Below, piece by piece: positions 6,917 to 12,553 of a stretch of DNA of 12,553 nt. The notes beneath the pieces were generated by a model. It did no database searches. It was not told the origin of the DNA and saw only the letters and a program-made list of their open reading frames with translations. The position numbers and the translations under genes are program-made. Source of the DNA: an uncultured Nitrososphaerota archaeon (GTDB taxonomy: Archaea; Asgardarchaeota; Njordarchaeia; Njordarchaeales; Njordarchaeaceae); contig CAZFGR010000037.1 in assembly GCA_964518475.1 (NCBI GenBank), forward strand, positions 1-12,553, given 5' to 3'. Every line of letters starts with the position of its first letter. Within the stretch, counting starts at the first letter, position 1.

Positions 6917-7549
6917 TTATAGACCTAGCCATAGCTTGATCAATCGATATAGCGAGCTTACCGCTAATCCTGATAGTTGCATTATGGCACTCCCTACTGA
7001 AAGACCGAAGTATATTAGGAAGATATATTTTCCTATGGTTCTTAGATATTCTGCTGGTTTGCTCGCTGGACTACGTACAAATACCGTGAAAAGTAGGTAG
7101 AATACTGCGATAGGGGTAAATATCACTTTTATTAGGTAGCCTATCTGATCGGTTAATGGTGGTGTGAATATTAGTGCAGCTTCAGATATCACCGCCTTAA
7201 CGTTTCCAATGATGTCTGTCATCATTAGAGCTCTCATAGATATACCGGTGCCAACCCCGATCATAACAGCTATTGGGAAGGAAGCTACCCAAGCATATTT
7301 TCTCCATGCTACAAATAGCGACATTATTCCCAGTATTAGTGGGATGATTAGTATTGGTTTCTGGCCTGTAAATAATGGTAGGAAACGGCTTTTTAATGTG
7401 AAATATCCAGTTACAACTGAATGCCCTATTACAGTGCCTGCATAAGTGTATACTCCTATTCTGAATAATGGATTGTCACCATATAGTAGTGAATAGGAAC
7501 AGATTGTCAGAAGCGCTGATAACCAGATCCAGGGATCTGTCGAGATCAT
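6917..7549 (-). CDS. Conserved hypothetical integral membrane protein (~5-6 TM; W-x-x-ALLT...S-x-LYGDNPLFR motif)
   Basis: 210 aa, strongly hydrophobic throughout; ATGA overlap with the upstream gene at 7546-7549. Confidence 0.85.
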   Translation of the reverse strand: MISTDPWIWLSALLTICSYSLLYGDNPLFRIGVYTYAGTVIGHSVVTGYFTLKSRFLPLFTGQKPILIIPLILGIMSLFVAWRKYAWVASFPIAVMIGVGTGISMRALMMTDIIGNVKAVISEAALIFTPPLTDQIGYLIKVIFTPIAVFYLLFTVFVRSPASKPAEYLRTIGKYIFLIYFGLSVGSAIMQLSGLAVSSLYRLIKLWLGL

Positions 7550-8376
7550 TCCTCTTCCTCCCCCAACCTAGTTAACATCGTGATGTTTCCTAATATTACG
7601 AAGATGACGAAGGCGATGACTAGGAAACTGTAGGCGTTCATCGCTGCGTATCCTAATCCCTTTATTCCTACCAATTTTTCGTATTGAGCGCCTCCAAGGA
7701 ATCCAAGGGTCATGAAGACCTTGCCTGGATACATCGCCATGTATGGGGCATAGGAGGCATAGGCTGCAGCCTGGGCGAAGTAAACGCTGGGAATTCCCCT
7801 CTCTGAAGTTACGTATCTCACTATCATTGGGAAGGCCCAGTGGATGCAGATCCATAGCGAGATGTCTTTATAGCTATGGAGATCGCGCATGAGGGGGAGT
7901 TCATCGAGAGGGGTTCCATATACATCGGTGGCTACCGCGGAATGCACATCCGTTAGGAAGGCGACGAGGGCAGCATCCATCCCCGGCATGTAGGGAAGCT
8001 GCACATAGTCTCTACCATATTTCCAGGGTCCACCATACTTCTCATCAACTCTCGCCATGTCGATACAGTATTTATGCATTTGCACCGCCTCGACGGATAG
8101 TGGAACGAAGACCACCCTTAGATGGTTACGTGCCATCTGCTTTAGGCAGGCTATCATGGAGGCTGATGACTCAAGGTCGAAGGCGAATACATAGGCGCCT
8201 CCCACTGCTACTATGCTTCCTTCAGGTAGATTTTCTATCATGTTATAAACATCTAATGTTGCTTTACTCATAGGAATCGGTATTTCGATGGGGTGTATTA
8301 TCGCTACTGTAAATATCGCTAATAAAATAGCCCATATATATTGAGACTTTAATTCAGGTATCCTCATCGCCATCAC
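7546..8376 (-). CDS. Conserved hypothetical membrane protein with a central soluble alpha/beta domain
   Basis: 276 aa; N- and C-terminal TM helices flank ~200 soluble residues (IENLPEGSIV, KYGRDYVQLPY, GGAQYEKLVG). ATGA overlaps on both sides. Confidence 0.85.
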   Translation of the reverse strand: MMAMRIPELKSQYIWAILLAIFTVAIIHPIEIPIPMSKATLDVYNMIENLPEGSIVAVGGAYVFAFDLESSASMIACLKQMARNHLRVVFVPLSVEAVQMHKYCIDMARVDEKYGGPWKYGRDYVQLPYMPGMDAALVAFLTDVHSAVATDVYGTPLDELPLMRDLHSYKDISLWICIHWAFPMIVRYVTSERGIPSVYFAQAAAYASYAPYMAMYPGKVFMTLGFLGGAQYEKLVGIKGLGYAAMNAYSFLVIAFVIFVILGNITMLTRLGEEEE

Positions 8377-9014
8377 ACCTCCGTAGCTCTTAGAGCACCT
8401 TTCTCCAATCCTAATAATATCCGTATCCCTAGAACTACCCCTCCTACTCCTCCTGTGATCAGTAGTGCTCTACTACCTGCTGATGCAGGATAGTTTAAGA
8501 ACCAGAATACTATCTTATCGGCCGCTGGAAAAGTAGCGGATACTATTGGAGCATTGCATATCGCTATTAGTAGGGTACAGCAGGCGAATATTGCAGTCCT
8601 TAAAGTCCTCATCCTGAATAGTCGATAACATGCTGAGATCATGAAGAATACCAGTTGGCCAAGGATTGCTATATGTAACGTGATTTTTGTACATAGATAT
8701 GCCTTCTGATAAATGTCTGAATATAGCCCAACTTTCAGGCCGAAGATTATCCATACAACTATCAGTATCGCTGCATATAGGTGATATTGCCAATACTTTT
8801 CTCTATTCATAATGCTGCGAATATATCTTGAGTATACTGATAGCAATCCTACGAACAGAGTGAATGTGGCTATATTCATGTTCCATATCTGAAGCTCATT
8901 TGCTATTACATCTGCCTCTGGAGATACAAAGTACCAGCTAATTAGTACTGATAACATTCCGATCAATATTAGTATTCTTGTGAGGTATAACCTTATATAT
9001 ACTACGGCGGACAT
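8373..9014 (-). CDS. Conserved hypothetical integral membrane protein (~5-6 TM)
   Basis: 213 aa, hydrophobic, C-terminal AGSRALLITGGVGGVVLGIRILLGLE. The start lies 1 nt after the upstream stop. Confidence 0.85.
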   Translation of the reverse strand: MSAVVYIRLYLTRILILIGMLSVLISWYFVSPEADVIANELQIWNMNIATFTLFVGLLSVYSRYIRSIMNREKYWQYHLYAAILIVVWIIFGLKVGLYSDIYQKAYLCTKITLHIAILGQLVFFMISACYRLFRMRTLRTAIFACCTLLIAICNAPIVSATFPAADKIVFWFLNYPASAGSRALLITGGVGGVVLGIRILLGLEKGALRATEV

Positions 9015-9015
9015 T

Positions 9016-9810
9016 TTACATCCCCAATAGATTTAATATCAGGTTTGACCCCGCTGCAGATAATATTGCTCCAACGATCATTAAGACTAGCAATATTAGT
9101 TTTATCCAATCTTGTGCAGCTAAGGTTGCGATAGCATATTTATCTCTTGTAATGGAAGCCGCAGCGGCGTAGAGCTCTTCTCCTACTAGGAAATAGTCAC
9201 AGAAAACTGTCATCATATCCATGCTTCCGAGGGTTCCTCCAATTTGGATTGCTCCCACCCTCGCTCCTGTTTCGCCATCGACGATCACGTCGAATAGGAA
9301 ATAGCCGATAAAACAGATCATACCCGGTTTATGTGCTAGGATCTGCCCCGCGGCCCCCACGGCATAGGCGAATTGATCGCCTCCGAACCATTCAACATAT
9401 TTACCTGGAGCATAGAGTTCTGGTTTACCTGCAGCGGTGTAAGCGCTGCCTATAACTGCCTCGGCGGCGGTGATTACCGCTGAGTTGCTGGCGCTTGTGA
9501 TCGTTGGAACCCCTATCTCCGCTCCCCTTTGCGCCAGCTCTCCTAATACAGTTAATCCAGCGATTGTTTGTGGATTACCTAGATCACTTATTCCAGGTAA
9601 CACCATCATGGGTCGACCCATCTCCGCGCATCTTCCTACTCCTTCATACATCGCCTCTAATGCCTCAATTGGTCTGATCTCCCAGACCTTACCCTTTTTT
9701 GCTAGAGATGATGCTATATAGGTTAATATAGCTACCAGAATCAACAGGAATAGTTGAAATGCTCTTCCCTCTTTTATTATCATACCAGCCATGACAAAGT
9801 TAGTTGACAT
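9016..9810 (-). CDS. DUF6754-like membrane protein
   Basis: TM-soluble-TM layout with IRPI-x-AL...VGRCAEMGRP, QFAYA, ETG-x-RVGAIQIGGT, CDYFLVGEELYAA and LAAQD motifs, recalled as DUF6754. The start is probably ATG 9810 (AGGGG RBS; a TATA at 9855-9862 lies inside the longer ORF-track call that starts at 9882). Confidence 0.75.
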   Translation of the reverse strand: MSTNFVMAGMIIKEGRAFQLFLLILVAILTYIASSLAKKGKVWEIRPIEALEAMYEGVGRCAEMGRPMMVLPGISDLGNPQTIAGLTVLGELAQRGAEIGVPTITSASNSAVITAAEAVIGSAYTAAGKPELYAPGKYVEWFGGDQFAYAVGAAGQILAHKPGMICFIGYFLFDVIVDGETGARVGAIQIGGTLGSMDMMTVFCDYFLVGEELYAAAASITRDKYAIATLAAQDWIKLILLVLMIVGAILSAAGSNLILNLLGM

Positions 9811-9854
9811 TTTAATTCCCCTTTTCCTAGTAATAACCTCTTTTGGTAATTCAT

Positions 9855-9870
9855 ATTTATAGTTTATTCC
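9855..9870 (-). promoter_or_regulatory. BRE/TATA promoter of the four-gene membrane operon
   Basis: Minus strand GGAATAAA-CTATAAAT, about 45 nt upstream of ATG 9810. Confidence 0.45.
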
Positions 9871-9939
9871 ATTTTCCATCAATTATATGTAAAACAAACG
9901 GAAACCTAAAATAAATTAAAATAAAATTTGTTTAATGAA

Positions 9940-10137
9940 ATGCTGGTGGCAATAATAGGTTTTTTAATCTTTTTAATGATCGCGCTATTATGTGGAACAA
10001 TAACTCCACCAACTAGAGAAGAGATGTTTCTTCTATTTGCGTCAACGTGTTTGTTGATATTCTCCTGGTTTTATTCTAAAAATCGTGAGAAAATGATGGA
10101 CGAAGATAAGAAATTAAAGAAGAGAGAGAAGGCTTAA
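9940..10137 (+). CDS. Small two-TM hypothetical membrane protein
   Basis: ATG 9940 (track start TTG 9928); two hydrophobic helices joined by TITPPTREE, and a charged C-tail. Co-oriented with the radical SAM gene, 31 nt upstream of it. Confidence 0.55.
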   Translation: MLVAIIGFLIFLMIALLCGTITPPTREEMFLLFASTCLLIFSWFYSKNREKMMDEDKKLKKREKA

Positions 10138-10168
10138 ATTAGATAATCTTTTCCGTCTTTAGTGGGGT

Positions 10169-11539
10169 ATGGTGGACGTTCTTTTGATTTCCCCTCCGTT
10201 TAAGGGCCTTTTAAGGGAGCCTATTGGTCTTTATTATCTCGCAGGGGTGCTCGAGGAGGAGGATATTTCTGTTAAAATAATGGATTTTAATGTGGAACAA
10301 CCGAGCAGATCATATTTTCACAATAAGATTAGGAAACTTGATCCCAAAATTGTTGGTGTAACTTCATATACATTTAATTTTTCAGCTGCAAAGAAGATAG
10401 TTAAAGAGATCAAGAAAGTCAAACGAGATTGCATTATTGTTATGGGTGGGGTTCATGTTTCTTCACTTCCAAAAGAGACTTTCGAAAGCGTTCACGAATT
10501 AGATTTCATCGTCATCGGGGAGGGAGAATTTACTTTTTTGGAATTATGTAGAAGTATAATTAATTGTGAAGATGATGCATTTAATATTGAAGGGGTAGCA
10601 TATAAAGATAATGAGAGAGTGATAATTAATCCACCAAGAAGATTAATTAAAAATTTAGATGATTTACCTATGCCGAACAGAGAACTACTTCCCTTCAACA
10701 AATATCCAGTCGCTTCAGTTCAGACTTCTAGAGGTTGCCCTTATAATTGTATATTTTGTAACATTAACAAATTTTATGGAAATAGAATAAGATTTAGAGA
10801 TCCCATTGAGGTTGTAAAAGAATGTGAATATATTGTTAAAAGATATAATAAGGATAAGATTTTCTTTTTTGGAGATGCCTTTACCTTTAAATCAGATTGG
10901 GTTGAAACATTTTGCGATGAGATTGTTCGTCGCAAACTTAAATTTAAGTGGGGTTGTGAAACAAGAGTTGACAATGTAAATTATAAACTTCTTAAGAAGA
11001 TGAGGAGAGCAGGATGTATTGAAATACAATATGGCATAGAATATGGAGATGAAGAAATTCTTAAGATATTGGGTAAAAATATATCTTTAGAAGATGTTCA
11101 TAATGCAGTTAGATGGGCTAAAAAGACGAATATGTTTGTTGGGGGATTTGTTATATTTAATGTCCCATATGAAAATGAGGAAACTATGGAGAAAACATTT
11201 AGATTACTTCAAAGAGTTCCTGTTGACGCTATAGAAATAAATCTGTTAACTCCTTATCCAGGTACAATCCTTTGGAAAAATCCTGAGATATTCAACATGA
11301 GGATCATTAATTATGATTTTGATTATTACACAACTAAGAAATATGTTATGGAGAATTTGAATTTCCCAAGAGAAAAATTTGTTCCAGCATTTAAGAGACT
11401 TCTCAAAAGATTGAATCTGATACCTATGCCGGGCCATGAGCCAGAGATTTTCAATTTTTTGAAGAGAGATATCAAAATAAAAGTATGGAAAGAGGAGGAA
11501 AGTAGAATTAAACACTTTTTAAAGATTTTGAAAGGATGA
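10169..11539 (+). CDS. B12-binding-domain radical SAM protein (class B methyltransferase-like)
   Basis: N-terminal cobalamin-binding region (PIGLYYLA, VGVT, MGGVH, VIGEGE), SRGCPYNCIFC CxxxCxxC, ETRVD, GIE-x-G and TPYPGT. RBS-like GTGGGG before the ATG. Confidence 0.92.
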   Translation: MVDVLLISPPFKGLLREPIGLYYLAGVLEEEDISVKIMDFNVEQPSRSYFHNKIRKLDPKIVGVTSYTFNFSAAKKIVKEIKKVKRDCIIVMGGVHVSSLPKETFESVHELDFIVIGEGEFTFLELCRSIINCEDDAFNIEGVAYKDNERVIINPPRRLIKNLDDLPMPNRELLPFNKYPVASVQTSRGCPYNCIFCNINKFYGNRIRFRDPIEVVKECEYIVKRYNKDKIFFFGDAFTFKSDWVETFCDEIVRRKLKFKWGCETRVDNVNYKLLKKMRRAGCIEIQYGIEYGDEEILKILGKNISLEDVHNAVRWAKKTNMFVGGFVIFNVPYENEETMEKTFRLLQRVPVDAIEINLLTPYPGTILWKNPEIFNMRIINYDFDYYTTKKYVMENLNFPREKFVPAFKRLLKRLNLIPMPGHEPEIFNFLKRDIKIKVWKEEESRIKHFLKILKG

Positions 11540-11833
11540 TGTTCTTCTTTTCCGTTTCTTCCACTCTTCTATAAATATTTTTAGGAGTTCTTTTTGGAGT
11601 TTTTTCCTTTCATCTCTATTTACCATTATTTGCCTCTCTTTTAATTTATTCCTTAATTCATCGTAAAATTTATCATCTCTTAATTCACTTATCAATTTTT
11701 GCAGATCGAGGAGTTGTTGAAAGAGATCCATGAAGCGGAGGGAGGCGTAACTTCTTTCGTCAGCGAACTCTATGGCATAGTTTAATGTACGTAGTAGAGT
11801 GTCGAAAAATTTATTCCTCAGTTCTTCCCTCAA
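11519..11833 (-). CDS. Small alpha-helical hypothetical protein (possibly DUF6092-like)
   Basis: Charged helical ORF with SYASLRFMDLF...DDKFYDELR. The likely start is TTG 11833 after GAGGTGG (track ATG 11854). It overlaps the nitroreductase 3' end and, convergently, the radical SAM 3' end. The family call is tentative. Confidence 0.6.
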   Translation of the reverse strand: MREELRNKFFDTLLRTLNYAIEFADERSYASLRFMDLFQQLLDLQKLISELRDDKFYDELRNKLKERQIMVNRDERKKLQKELLKIFIEEWKKRKRRTSSFQNL

Positions 11834-12335
11834 GTTTTTCCCACCTCTGCCCATACATATTAAGATAAACTATCTCAGATAGAGGTTTCCTATATGGAGG
11901 TGGGGGTATCTTATCTGGATATCCCAGTGATATAATCAATATCGGATCCCATTCTTCTGGGATCTCCAGTATCTCTCTTATTGCCTCCTTATTAAAGGAG
12001 GCTATTGCACAGCTTCCAATTCCCAGGGCATGAGCAGCCAAGAGAATGTTTTGAGAGGCGAAGCCAGCATCCAGAAACCCTAACATCCCTGCTTCTCGCC
12101 TTATGTTGATAACTATCGCTGCTGCGGCATCTCCATAAAATCCGGGGGAGCAATTTTTCACCATCCTCAATGTTTCTTTATCTTTGACATAGATATAACA
12201 CCAAGGTTGTCTATTCCCGGCGGAGGGCGCCCATCTAGCAGCTTCTAGGATCTTCACAACATCCTCATCTGGAATTTCTCCACTTCTAAAACTTCTAATG
12301 CTTCTTCTAGTCCTTATTGCTTCCAATACTTCCAT
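11811..12335 (-). CDS. Nitroreductase-family flavoprotein
   Basis: RRSIRSF, AARWAPSAGNRQPW, DAGFASQNILLAAHALGIGSC, ISLGYP and RKPL motifs. Confidence 0.95.
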   Translation of the reverse strand: MEVLEAIRTRRSIRSFRSGEIPDEDVVKILEAARWAPSAGNRQPWCYIYVKDKETLRMVKNCSPGFYGDAAAAIVINIRREAGMLGFLDAGFASQNILLAAHALGIGSCAIASFNKEAIREILEIPEEWDPILIISLGYPDKIPPPPYRKPLSEIVYLNMYGQRWEKLEGRTEE

Positions 12336-12360
12336 ATTTAGGTAAGGAGGAAACTTGAAA

Positions 12361-12374
12361 ATTTATAGTTTTCG
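12361..12374 (-). promoter_or_regulatory. Canonical archaeal BRE+TATA for the nitroreductase (leaderless)
   Basis: Minus strand CGAAAA-CTATAAAT; the TATA ends 26 nt upstream of ATG 12335. Confidence 0.65.
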
Positions 12375-12553
12375 AATTGATATTTACATGAGAAAAATGG
12401 GATCATTTAGTACCCAACGACTTTAGATACTGTGATTTACTCAATTCATCAACTTTTGATATATACATCTATGGCCAGCTGTCCAGCAGTATTCGGGATT
12501 TTTAGATGATCATGCAGAAGTCGATGGCGTTGATGATGGCTTAGGCTATCGGC

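Noticed and set aside
7164-11515. Nested or antisense ORFs 7164-7445, 7568-7855, 8515-8793, 9470-9721, 10492-10701, 10774-10974, 11246-11515
   Set aside because: Contained within longer credible CDSs in alternative frames; no independent coding evidence.
12375-12553. Possible gene fragment or RNA at the right edge
   Set aside because: Only short frames (longest about 34 codons, on the minus strand from the edge), with no recognisable motif and no tRNA-like structure; cannot be supported without flanking sequence.

Overview
AT-rich, densely coding archaeal-type window. It shows BRE/TATA promoters about 25 nt before apparently leaderless starts, GGTGG/GAGG-type RBSs and oligo-T terminators; the gene content recalls Bathyarchaeia, but that is inference only. 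Left part: two DUF917 (S-methyl-thiohydantoin desulfurase-like) paralogues flank an ArgE/DapE-type M20 metallo-hydrolase. Centre (2847-9882, minus strand): an uncharacterised multi-gene module. It comprises a DUF6754-like membrane protein, three further translationally coupled membrane proteins, a small helical protein, an orphan GlmL/MutL-like ASKHA ATPase (no glutamate mutase in the window), and a coupled barrel-sandwich/swivelling-domain/KOW protein. One opposite-strand membrane-anchored gene interrupts it. This module is the best candidate for an undescribed system, hypothesised to be an ASKHA-ATPase-energised membrane complex such as a new type of solute importer. Right part: a small membrane protein, a B12-binding radical SAM enzyme, a small helical protein and a nitroreductase. 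No RNA genes, CRISPR array or mobile element were seen. Family assignments are from motif recognition, not database searches.
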